Source: Octopus sinensis | Lineage: Eukaryota | NCBI RefSeq assembly: GCF_006345805.1 | Contig: NC_042998.1 | Location: forward strand, 55,800,001 to 55,864,000 | Length of the DNA stretch: 64,000 nucleotides | Direction of reading: 5' to 3' | Shown: piece by piece, positions 1 to 10,764 of the stretch | Layout: each line of letters begins with the position of its first letter | How positions within the stretch are numbered: position 1 is the stretch's first letter | Made by a program: the position numbers and the translations under genes | Notes under the pieces: generated by a model | Told to the model about the DNA's origin: nothing | Seen by the model: only the letters and a program-made list of their open reading frames with translations | Databases searched by the model: none

Positions 1-1
1 C

Positions 2-1111
2 AATATCTAATTTAACAGAAGCTGTTTGCCTGAGCTTGCCTCTTACAAAAGTTGCTTTAGCACACTTATCAAGGCCAAAATCCATCCCGACATCATTGCT
101 AAACTCTTTAACAGTTGTTAGCAGCCCTTCTAGCTCTTGGTCATTCCTGGCAAACAGCTTTAGGTCGTCCATATAGAAAAGGTGGTTTATTAACTTACTA
201 AAAACTTTGTACCCATATCTGGTACTATCCAATTCGTTTGAGAGTGGGATCAGTGCCATGCAAAAAAGTAATGGAGAGAGGGAGTCACCTTGAAAGATGC
301 CTCGTTTGATGTTGATGCTATTGGACTGGCTCATCCCATTACTATGGCTTAGAAAGAGACGTGTGTTCCACATGGTCATGCTATTCTCTAAGAATTTTGA
401 GACGACAGGAGAGATCTTGTATATCTCAAGGGCCTTGAGTATCCATTTATGTGGGACACTGTCATACGCTTTCCTGTAGTCTATCCATGCCATACTCAGG
501 TTTTTGTTTTTGCTCCAGCAATTCTCTACAATCATTCTGTTTATGAGCAATTGGTCTTTGCACCCATAAGAGTTTCTTTTACAACCTTTTTGAGCTTGTG
601 GAAGGATAGAATTTTGTTCAAGGAAAGCGTACATTCTCTCCGTTATTATGGATGTGAGGATTTTGTAGGTGGTGTTGAGACATGTTATAGGCCGGTAATT
701 ATAGGCCGGGTTTTTTGTGTCTTCTGTTTTAGGTAATAGGTAGGTGGTTCCTTCAGTCAGCCAAGCAGGTATTTGCTCTGGGTTCTGAATGACATCAGAC
801 AGAGATGCAGCGAGATGTTCGTGTACCTCTGTCAAACAATTCAGCCAGAAGTTAGGGATCCGATCCAGTCCTGGGGTTTTCCATTTATGAGCCTTCCTAA
901 GGACACACCTTAGCTCCTCTATTCCTATTGCTTCCCATTTCTGTTCTTCAAGTTCATCCAGTCTCTCTTTCTCACGTTCTATCCAGTCAGCCTCAGCATT
1001 AAACTCTTTTTCGTTGCTCCATACCTTCTTCCAGAACTCCTCCACTTCCTCAATCTTAGGTGGATCTTCTATGTGTATTTTATTTTTGCCAATTTCCCTA
1101 TAAAATTTCTT
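2..1111 (-). CDS. Reverse transcriptase ORF fragment of a Dong/R4-clade (RLE) non-LTR retrotransposon, 5'-truncated, continues off the window start
   Basis: Manual minus-strand translation gives 370 codons with no stop: KKFYREIGK...KWKTPGLDRIPNFWL...NYRPITCLNTTYK...QKGCKRNSYGCKDQL...WIDYRKAYDSVPH...GIFQGDSLSPLLFC...NHLFYMDDLKLFA...FGLDKCA. These are RT motifs typical of R4/Dong LINEs. Absent from the ORF track, probably because it has no stop inside the window. Confidence 0.93.
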
Positions 1112-1139
1112 ATTATTATTATTATTATCATTATTATTA

Positions 1140-1205
<66 letters not shown>
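1110..1205. repeat. (TAT)n/(AAT)n microsatellite between two RLE LINEs
   Basis: Direct inspection; about 32 trinucleotide units with a few CAT interruptions. Confidence 0.97.
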
Positions 1206-1209
<4 letters not shown>

Positions 1210-1800
1210 GAATTGTGTTTTCTGTATTTCAGTATTTTTCTTCGATATTAATATGATACTGATAGCATCTAAACATTCACCAAGGGAGAATGTAGTTTTG
1301 AGCAAGAGGAATTGATATCACCAGATTGTATCCAACAATTATAGGCTGTTTCGACTCTGAGCAGTAACACTCTCCTGTTGATGAGTTATCTAAGGTGGCC
1401 AAATTACTGCTCATCTCCTCCTAGCTTCCAGCTTAACACCTTTGTCTTATTCCATAACCAGCTAGTGGCTCTTGCTTGGTGCCTGTCCCATTCTGCGCAC
1501 AACTATCTTCCTTCTCATTCAAATTGCTATATGCATTCTCCATAGTGACTAGATAGAGCATCCCCCACATTCAACATCGATTGGGAACAGCTATAACTGT
1601 CATCCTTTTTCTCTGCAATCCTGCTGAAGGCTCTGGTACTTGGCACGCTTTCATTAAAACCCTTGAATGCAACCATCTGGCCACGGAACCCCCTTGATTG
1701 ACATTGTTTCTAATCGGTGCCGATCATGTTTTCAAATTTTCTTCGTTAACACTACCAATCATAATAGGAAGGTAGTTGCCAATGAGTGGTATAACATGTG
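1206..1800 (-). mobile_element. Decayed 3' end of a Hero/R2-group RLE non-LTR retrotransposon
   Basis: Minus-strand translation with stops/frameshifts: KRAKYQSLQQDCREKG*QL*LFPIDVECGG..SLWRM and RATSWLWNK, matching the endonuclease-end motifs of Hero-type elements (RKxAKYxxL..CRxxGW..FPVEVGCRGF; ASxWLW). The 3' region runs into the (AAT)n array. Confidence 0.72.
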
Positions 1801-2169
1801 TGTTTTTGGTTCCCGGTTCTAGCTAATTCAGCTCCCTAATATCGCTAATACACTTAGCAACACTCGGTGCTGATCTCGTTGAAGATATTAAAACTAGCGT
1901 TCTGCTAAGTGAAATAAGTCAGGCGATTGACTATCATTCGTGCCTCTGATACTCGAAACATTGCTTGCTTAATTATTATTTAATCAGATGACATTGGTTG
2001 CTATAATTATACAGTGACTCTCTGCATGTAGTTGATGAAGTAAGAGAGCAAAATTATAACGACATATCTTATTGTATTCTGTAATAAATATATTAGTTGA
2101 CATTGCAGTAGTAACAGGAATTTCAATAAACGGCTTCGAATTGTTTTAGTTTTGATTAAGTATATACAG

Positions 2170-2373
2170 ATAAAATATTAATTGTTATATATGTATATGT
2201 GTATGTATGTGTTTGAATGTGTACATGCGTGTCTGTGTGTGTGTGCCTGCGAGTGTGTGTATATATATATATATATATATGTATGTAGGTATGCATGTAT
2301 ACATACACATATGTACATAATATATATACATATATATACACAGATATACGTATATACATGCGTATGTATATAT

Positions 2374-2423
<50 letters not shown>

Positions 2424-2680
2424 ATGGTATATTCCGTTAAGAACGTAGTAGACTTGTTGACTCCAAATATTTTTCAATTAAATATATATATATATATATG
2501 TTTGCGTGTGTGTGTATGTGTCTGTGTCTGTGTGTATACATACACATACAGAATACCTTGAAATTGAATTTTAAAATGAAAACGTTATGTCGTTGTCGTT
2601 ATAAACTTTGTGGAAGCACGTCGTATATAAATGTGTATGCGTGTATGTATGTATATATACATGCCCAGGTATCGAGGATG
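2170..2680. repeat. Compound (TA)/(TG)/(TATG) microsatellite field
   Basis: Direct inspection. Confidence 0.9.
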
Positions 2681-2924
2681 TAAGACTGAGCGTGGTAGTG
2701 GAGAGTAGGCCACCCATATGCTACGCTAATTTTAATATGGACAAAAAGGCCACATGAAGGCGAGGTACCCCCAGAGAGAACAACAGATGGAACAAATTGA
2801 GAAGCAAGAGAGTGCAGACCAAGAGGTAAAAGTCGAGGTAAAGGAGACAAGAACAGAAGAACTGTATATCGAAGTGGGCGTTATAACAATCCAACATTTT
2901 AAGGACTATAACATATAAATATAT

Positions 2925-3330
2925 ATAGTTGAAATTTACAGGAAAACAAAAGACGAAGACTAGTGTATGAACAACAAGCAGGTGTATTAGTTTGACGCTC
3001 ATGAAAGCGAGAAAGTCTTTCACGTTTCGAGCCTACTCTCTTCAACAGAAAGGAATACTAGAAAATAAACAGAGAGAATAAAAAAAATTATGGATTTAGC
3101 GGTCAGGCATGGCAACTGGTTGGAAAAAAAGTTTGACAGGAGAGGATGAAAGAAGAGGAGATAATAAAGTATTGGTGATCCCAAAACGAAGGTCCTCGTG
3201 CGTGTGTATGTATGTGAGAATGCGTGTGTGTGGATAGGGGCTAGTGACTTAGACGTGTGTGGATGTGTGCATGTGTGTGTGCATCTGTAACGTGTTGGTG
3301 TGGGTGTGGATGTGGGGGTGATGTGGGGTG
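2925..3330 (-). mobile_element. Hammerhead-bearing short repeat (Penelope pseudo-LTR-like), family H1
   Basis: Homologous to 13795-14130 and 52915-53044 (shared hammerhead, downstream cttcgtcttttg-type segment, ending at a TA-rich tract). Penelope assignment is inference; no RT/GIY-YIG coding was recognised. Confidence 0.6.
3017..3052 (-). ncRNA. Minimal type I hammerhead ribozyme motif (family H1, U6 core; N17=G so probably inactive)
   Basis: Minus strand: CTTT-CTGTTGA-A-GAGA gtag GCTC-GAAAC-GT-G-AAAG; stem I CTTT/AAAG, stem III palindrome ACGT. Confidence 0.65.
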
Positions 3331-3420
3331 GGAGTGTGGGATTAGGGTAGGATATGGGGGTGAAGGTGAGGATGTGGGTGTGGGGGGGATGTAGGTATAG
3401 AGGTAGGGATGGGGTATGTG

Positions 3421-3542
<122 letters not shown>

Positions 3543-4080
3543 TATATATATACGCATATATATAAATGTATGTTTAAATATATATTTTTTTCACCGATCG
3601 CCTAGCTGACCGATCTTATATTCTCTAGTCCCCACTGGTACTAGTTGCCTTTCTAATCCTTTAGCATTGCCGTCTAAGCGTTACCCACCATTCGTTTTCC
3701 TTTGACCCTAAGGCTGTATTCTGTTCATTTCTAGTTTATTTTGTCTTTGTCCTTCGTCTATCTGCTTGAATTACATTTGTTCACTTTCGTATGTCTACTT
3801 CTATATTGTTTTTTTTTCGTATGTCTACACTCCATATATTGTTCTCAGTCCAATATTCTCCACAACTTTTGTGGACACCACCAGCATGGTAAGAACCTCA
3901 GTCTTATCATCAATGGTTCAAAACTGAGTAATACCATCTAATTGATAACCGATGAAGCATTAGGGACCTTCTGTGTTTGTTTTCCGCCCGTTTGTGCATT
4001 GAATATATTTTTTCCGTTCGTCTGTGTATTCATTATATGTTTTTTAAATTTTCATTTGTGCATTTGCTATACAATTTTCA

Positions 4081-4123
<43 letters not shown>

Positions 4124-4149
4124 TATATATATATACATGTGTGTGTGTG

Positions 4150-4480
4150 CCTTTTAATTGTTTCAGTCATTGGACTGCGGCCGTGCCTCAGTATTGCCTC
4201 AAAGGGCTTTTGTCGGACAAATTGCTTCTTGTACTTATTTTCTTTCAAAAAGTCTGGTAATATTATGTATATGTCTTTTGCTGAAGCGCTGACTAACGGG
4301 GCCGTAAACAAACTAACACTGGTTGTCAAGCTCCGTAAGTCAGTGGTTCAGCGAAAGACACCCATAGAATATGTACCAGACTTTTTGAAAGAAAATACGT
4401 ACTGGAAGATTTTTTCCCAACTAAGACCCTTCGAGGCAATACTAGAGCATGACCACAATCCAATGACTGAAACAAGTAAA
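4150..4480 (-). mobile_element. Two SINE-B 3' fragments in tandem
   Basis: Both match the SINE-B tail (reverse of ...gcatggccgcagtc(c)aatgactgaaacaagtaaaag) seen in fuller copies at 26700 and 47093. Confidence 0.75.
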
Positions 4481-4509
4481 AGATATATACATATATATAG
4501 ATGGATAGG

Positions 4510-4525
4510 CAAACAGGCAAGCAGC

Positions 4526-4605
<80 letters not shown>
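4510..4605. repeat. (GATA)n microsatellite
   Basis: Direct inspection. Confidence 0.95.
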
Positions 4606-4741
4606 CACACACACTTGTTCCCGCGCGTGGGTGTGTATAAACACATGAGACTTTCATATAAAGATAATTCTTTGAAATAATACAGCGGAGACAGCGTATA
4701 TTTTCCATAGCAGTTCTCTTCACTTCCTAGCATTTTTTCAG

Positions 4742-4772
4742 GCTTGAGTGTAGTCGTTGATATCCTCTACGA
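4742..4772 (+). CDS. Candidate 31-nt micro-exon (xLSVVVDILY), unidentified host gene
   Basis: ttttttcag|G ... CGA|gtaagt; only one open frame; phase-compatible with 5521-5554. No homology recognised. Confidence 0.3.
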
Positions 4773-5520
4773 GTAAGTTTCCTGCTTTCGAAAAACAAAT
4801 GAAGTTCATATTTCAGTGACAGTACTAGGTGAATGGCCCTAAAAAAAAAAAGAGTCAATATGATTCGGAAAATCATATGTCGGGTAGTTGAGTACACAAA
4901 TTATATTTTGATACGTACAAGTCATCAACAATATTTAACATTAAACCGACCTCTTATTTCTTTCATAGACATAATTCTACTACACTAATTATTTTATTTG
5001 TTTATTGCACTTTAGCTTCCTTTTTCTCCCTCTTATTCTCTTCTCCAATTTTCCATGCTTGATATTCTTTCTCTTCATTTTTCACTTAGTCTCCCAAGAC
5101 TGAATTTCCTCACACATTTTACTATTTTGTCCTTAATAAATTGCATCTACTAACCATGCCTTAATTTGTCTATCATTTGATACCGACAAAATGGTAAGTG
5201 CCGGTGAAATGTCACGACTTCAATACGGATGCTCTGAAATACTTTCTCTTGTTACAATCTCTGTTTTAAGTGAAATCCCAACCTTGCAACGCTATTTCTA
5301 ACAGGAAAGTATTCTCGTCTCCTTAAGCGTTTTTGTAAAATTATATCGAAGTCCCTCATTATTACACTGAAGTAGTTATTATTACAGGATTTGCCTAATT
5401 AAAAAAGAAATTATGCATCAATATGAACAATAGTTTCGTACTGTGGTTGTTGTTGCTATTATAATTTACGTTTTTGCGATTGAAGTAACGTTCTCTAATA
5501 ATAATAACCTTTTCTTTTAG

Positions 5521-5554
5521 TAGCTACACGGGCCCAAGACACTACATCAATGAG
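5521..5554 (+). CDS. Candidate 34-nt micro-exon (SYTGPRHYINE)
   Basis: ttttcttttag| ... GAG|gtacaa; completes the GA-T (Asp) codon from the previous candidate and ends in phase 0. Confidence 0.28.
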
Positions 5555-5559
5555 GTACA

Positions 5560-7420
5560 AAATAGTGGGGGTTTACATCGAGTAAAAAATAAAGCAAGTA
5601 ACAGCAGCAAATAACAATACAATATCAACGAGAAAACAGGATCCCAACAGAGAGTGAGTCACTTACAGCCAAAGAACTTCAAAGAACCAGTCTTACTCCA
5701 ACTACTAAGGGTAAGCACCATCTCCCAGTTGTATTCTCCTGCTTAATGGTCCGTATTAAGTGTAAGCCCATTTGTTCGGACCAAACTTGTCACATCCACA
5801 CACCTTTCAACACATTTATTGAAGAACAGTTCTCTTTTCACCTGTGGAACATGAAAAAGTCGGCTGAAGAGGTAAGTATTTGTCCTTAAGTCATCTGGTC
5901 CTAGCAACCACATAATCTAGTTGATTCTCGTTGCTGAGAACATCATTCTATATAACTATGATATATAAAAAGTTAATACCAAAGTTCCTTTAACCACATT
6001 GGCCAACTGATAGAGGGTTGTGAGTGCCTGACAATATTTTGGATGCTAAGCACACAATCCTGTTCTTCGTTTGATCCATTATTGCATTTCCATCGGAAAA
6101 AACATATTTCGGGAAAACTGACAGAAATCTCCGGCACTTGTTTAACGCTCAGAGATCTGCAGAAGCAGCAGCCTCAGAAAATGTTTACGCATAATCAGTC
6201 ATGGAATACTAAGCTCTCTAAGCAGAGTATGTTGACAACGATTGGAGCAACAGGTCAGCAGACCGTGACCTGACCACAAAAAGTGCGATTCAACAATTTG
6301 CTTAGATGAAAACTAAGAAAAGACACGACAGTCGGATGTAATAAAATATGGTGGAGTCCATACCTACGTTCGCGACCTCTGTCTGATCGTTCAGAGATAG
6401 GTTTCTCTCACTTCATTCCTAGGTATAACTATCTTAGTTTCTCTTATCTGGAAGTCTAGTCCAAATCTGACCTCAAACAACTTATTCGGTCTGACGCTGA
6501 CTGGTAGTTTGAACTTACTTCTCTAGGTGCTGAGCTGCAAGCTCACCAGCAAGTTCTACTAATTTTGACTCACAATTACGTCGTAGTTCGTTGGGACTGT
6601 GTCATTCTTTTTGAGTATCAAACAACATTACATCAGTGCCGTTCATATATAGCTATATACGGCTCTCCTGCATACCAGTACGAATGGAATGCTCATAATA
6701 ATATCCATTTACCACAGCAGTTGTTCGAAAGTCAGTAAATACAGTAGAAATAATAGAGAATGTATCTAACAGACCAAGAGCGTCCTTCATTATGGTTCAG
6801 AAAGGAGAACATATAAACTATCGACCATTCTACTTAGAATTGCGTAAGCGCCTACAAACGGGACTGAAACCAGTTGCACTAGGAACAGCCGTCAGTTACT
6901 GTTGGTAGATAATATCAATATTTTTCAAGATCAAAATGCGATGTATCGCATAAGGAAAATGACGTAGATAGATACCCAGAATTGCACAGGTCTGCTCTTA
7001 CTTTACCATACTACTTACGACAAACAATATGCTCTTTGCTAGTACTATGTACAAAACCTTCAACTCTCCTTCACGAGAATTATGAACGGAAATTGTCGAC
7101 AATGTCCCTCTTGATTGCGTCATTCCATAGCAGCTTTATCAGTTCCCGATTCACAGAATTGGGAAATTTCCCATAGACGTTGGTAAACAAGTGTGAAAAG
7201 TGTAAAGCTCGTATAGCTGGCCATCCAAAATAGACGATTTGCATCTCGCACAATCAATTTCTATCGACTGTATCTCATTTGCAGCACCTTGCATCTTCTA
7301 CTGACAATCGTAACAGGCAATAGGATCCATTGCTGCCTCCGATATATCACCTACAATTATTCCTAACAACTGAGCAAAGTACTGCCGGAAAGCCGCACAC
7401 GTCTGCTCGGAGAAGAATAT
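5560..7420 (-). mobile_element. Heavily decayed CR1-group LINE (3' portion)
   Basis: Faint minus-strand traces resembling PxNYRPIS (about 6580) and the terminal FFSxRVVxxWN motif (about 5810); no open frames. Confidence 0.4.
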
Positions 7421-7523
7421 TTCCTTTTTCAGAGAAATAAACCTATTCCTAAAGCAGCTCGGCTCTAGTTCAGTGACACATTAAAATAAATTAACTTACA
7501 ATGGTAATATACTATCTAAAAGT

Positions 7524-7714
7524 AAGGCAACGAGCTGGTAAGTTGCTTAACAGCATTTCGTTCACCTATACGTTCAGAGATCATATTCTGCCAAGGTCGA
7601 CTTTGCCTTTCATTCCCTTCGTGTTCGATAAAATAGGTACCAGTTAAACACTGGGGTCGATGTAATTGACTTACCCCTCCCACGAAATTGCTGGTCTTGT
7701 GCCAAAATTTGAAA
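7524..7714 (+). mobile_element. SINE-A (tRNA-derived), tail variant 1
   Basis: Shared body gaggtcgactttgcctttcatcc...aagtaccagt...ctggggtcgatgtaatcgac; more than 15 copies in this window. Confidence 0.85.
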
Positions 7715-8522
7715 TTTTGTACTTTCCAAAACTAAACTGTATTTAGTTGATAGTTTTTAATAAAATATTTACTCTTCATTATATTCCACGTTATATTTTA
7801 CAAATTATCTGATAATGTGTTTATGAAAGTAAAACCTTAATTACGTTGAATACCTCTTTCCTTTCCGTGCAGTTCTTCACCTATCAATATTTATTCAAGG
7901 TCAGTCTTTCACTAGATGTTTCAAAATAAAAATGATCTAAGAAACACTCATATAATGAATGTCAATGGCTGTTGTAGAATTTGAACAAATAATACTGTGA
8001 AAATTAATTCTAAATTCGTCGGTAGACAAAATTCCTTGCACAATTTTCTCTGGCCTTTTCCGTTTTGTGTTCAAATCTTGCTGAGGTCGAATTCGCCTTT
8101 CATCCATCCGAGTACAGCTTAACTATTGAGATCGATTTAATTATCTGTCCCAACCCTACCTACACTAAATTGCTGAAGTTCTAATACGTCAATTACTTTT
8201 TTTTTGTTCTGTGATCGTGATTGAAGAAGCTTCTTTTTTTTGTTGCAGTATGATTATATTCCCTCGATTTCATCCTCAAAATGAATCTTTCTCTCTTTGA
8301 AAAACATACACTGAATGATGTGGAGAATTTCAAAAACATCCTGCGTATGTATTTGATACCTTCTCACAAAATACATCTTTTGAGGAATTGACATTTTCAC
8401 TCGTGCAAAGACCAAGTTGTACGAAATGTATGAAGTTAGGAATAAATTGAGAGAAAAGAGAATTTGTTAAACGAACATTGTTTTCATCGTAATCAAATAG
8501 ACTTGAGTGTATTTTTGTACAG

Positions 8523-8587
8523 GAAAATAACCGAACCATCAACATGACTCTTCTTCCTGAACGATTGCAAAGTGTTTGCCACATACA
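8523..8587 (+). CDS. Candidate 65-nt exon (ENNRTINMTLLPERLQSVCHI)
   Basis: atttttgtacag|G ... ACA|gtgaga; only frame 0 is open, matching the phase-0 end of 5521-5554. Confidence 0.3.
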
Positions 8588-9171
8588 GTGAGATTAATTT
8601 GTTTTGAAGACACCTGATCTTCCAGAGAAGATGTAAGGTGGCAATCCATGATTATGATGAAATACCATGCATTTATTCAAGTATCATGTCTTGTATTTAT
8701 GGATGGTTGCCTTCCATTTTAAGGGTTATATATAAAGAGTACCTTTGCAGTTTGATCGGGTTATTTGGAAGCTGAAAAGATAAGAATAGACGTATACTTA
8801 AACTGTTTTAACCGCTTGATAGATATTGTCCAATTAAAGCGAATTGACTAATGTCCTGTATCTGTTATTGCAATCTTATTAGCCACAAGATTTGCTAAGT
8901 AAACTAGATTCATCAGTTAAAAAGAAAGATGATTTTTATAAGCTGTATTGTCCTTTCTAAATCGGAAGGTCCGCAGAAATATAAACTTCTATTAAGTGGA
9001 AATTCATAGGATTAAAATAGCTATGCATTTTCTAAACATTGAGCTAAAAATTTCAGCAAACACAATTTAATGATTTTCATCTCATTTTCTAGAATCAGCT
9101 ATAATAGATTCTTGTCAATTTTTATACAAACATCCCTCCTTAAAAAATATTGATGTATTTACGAATGCATA

Positions 9172-9216
<45 letters not shown>

Positions 9217-9490
9217 ATTTGTTGACTCCATTCCCGGTAACACAAATACGATCAAAATATTCATAAGCCATCCCGCCAAACCTATATTTTATTATTGTCG
9301 TCTTATTAGCTCTGAAGGTCTTTCACAAGAAGACGAAAATGTTTACATATGTCGAAATTAATTTAATTTCACAGACAATAAACTATCGTTGTCGATTGAT
9401 TTAATCTTAATCAAAATATATTTAAATATTCATATTATTCATTCCTTTGATTGCACTTCCTTTAGTGCTCCTCTTCTTTCTCCCCTCGTA

Positions 9491-9556
<66 letters not shown>

Positions 9557-9933
9557 TCTGTATCAATCTGTCTGATCTATAAAGCATTGGAAAAGTGCTT
9601 TGCGGTATTGTCCCAATTCTTTACATCCTAAGTTCAACTCTCCTCGCAGTCAATTAAATCGTAACGAAACAAAGACTTAGGTTTTAATGTGGATAGCTCG
9701 AGAGATCAATCACTACACCATGTACCAAAGATGATAATGTAAAACTGAATAAATTCATTAAAGAAAGCTATCACTTTCTTTAGCGAAAATATTCAGTTGC
9801 AAAGCGTAATATCCAGTTAAATATAATAAAGAACCTATTTATTTTCACTGTACGTATGCCATTCAAGTTTTATATTATATTTTAATCTAATAATGTCCTG
9901 TAAGGAAGCACAAGTCATATGATACAAATATTG

Positions 9934-10357
9934 GGATCTTTTCGGTTTGAACGGTAGTTTTTTCTAGCGGTCTCATATGAAATTGTCACCCATAATCATA
10001 ACCCTAGAATCGATCTATTGCATTTCAATCTCTTTTAGGGTTAGGGTTAGGGTTAGGGGTGGGGGAAGGGTATCTTTTTTCTTCACAAATGTAAATAAAC
10101 CCAATCTGTTTCTTAAACGAGGGACATATTCATACGGCACAGAATGGTTTTTTTTTACCTCAATAGACGTCACTGATTGGTTGAAATTGCAGAAATTGAA
10201 GGAAAAAATAACAAATATCTTATAAACTATAGAATTTTCTCAATAAAGCCAAGAGAAAAAGATGTTTTATAAACACATTCTACCAGTATACGAAGTTTAA
10301 AATTTTTTAGTTACCTAGAAATTATGTTAAAAACTGCCGTTCAAACCGAAAAGATCC
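9934..10357. mobile_element. MITE with 29-bp TIRs and internal (TTAGGG)4
   Basis: TIRs 9934-9962 (GGATCTTTTCGGTTTGAACGGTAGTTTTT) and 10329-10357 with 1 mismatch; TTAGGG x4 at 10035-10058. Confidence 0.85.
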
Positions 10358-10481
10358 ATACTTTAATCTAATAATGCCCTGTAAGGAAGCACAAGTCATA
10401 TGATACAAGTATTGAATCTCTGGCCTTTGCTTCAGATGTAATATTTCTTTTTAACCGGGTATAAGTCTGTATGTCTTTAAG

Positions 10482-10703
10482 CAGGGGTGGGGAAACCCCG
10501 TCTGCGCCTGCAGGCTGATATACTTGTATGTACAGAATATAATAAATTTTTCAATTATAAATTTTATACAATATACGTATGCGTTAATGAAGTTGTTACG
10601 CGTTAATTTAATGTGTTAAACTTATCTTTATTAATGCATATCGAATTATACATAGACTTATACAAAATTTACACAGATATAAGAGTTAGAACTTGACTAT
10701 ATG

Positions 10704-10764
<61 letters not shown>

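Noticed and set aside
3915-3965. AAAAC-TGA-GTA ... CCGATGA-AG, hammerhead halves in permuted order
   Set aside because: Two core mismatches and no stem I pairing.
8330-8584. 84-aa minus-strand ORF from the track
   Set aside because: No recognisable motif; overlaps a better plus-strand splice candidate; length expected by chance.
10035-10058. (TTAGGG)4 as a telomere or fusion scar
   Set aside because: Only four units and internal to a TIR-bounded MITE.
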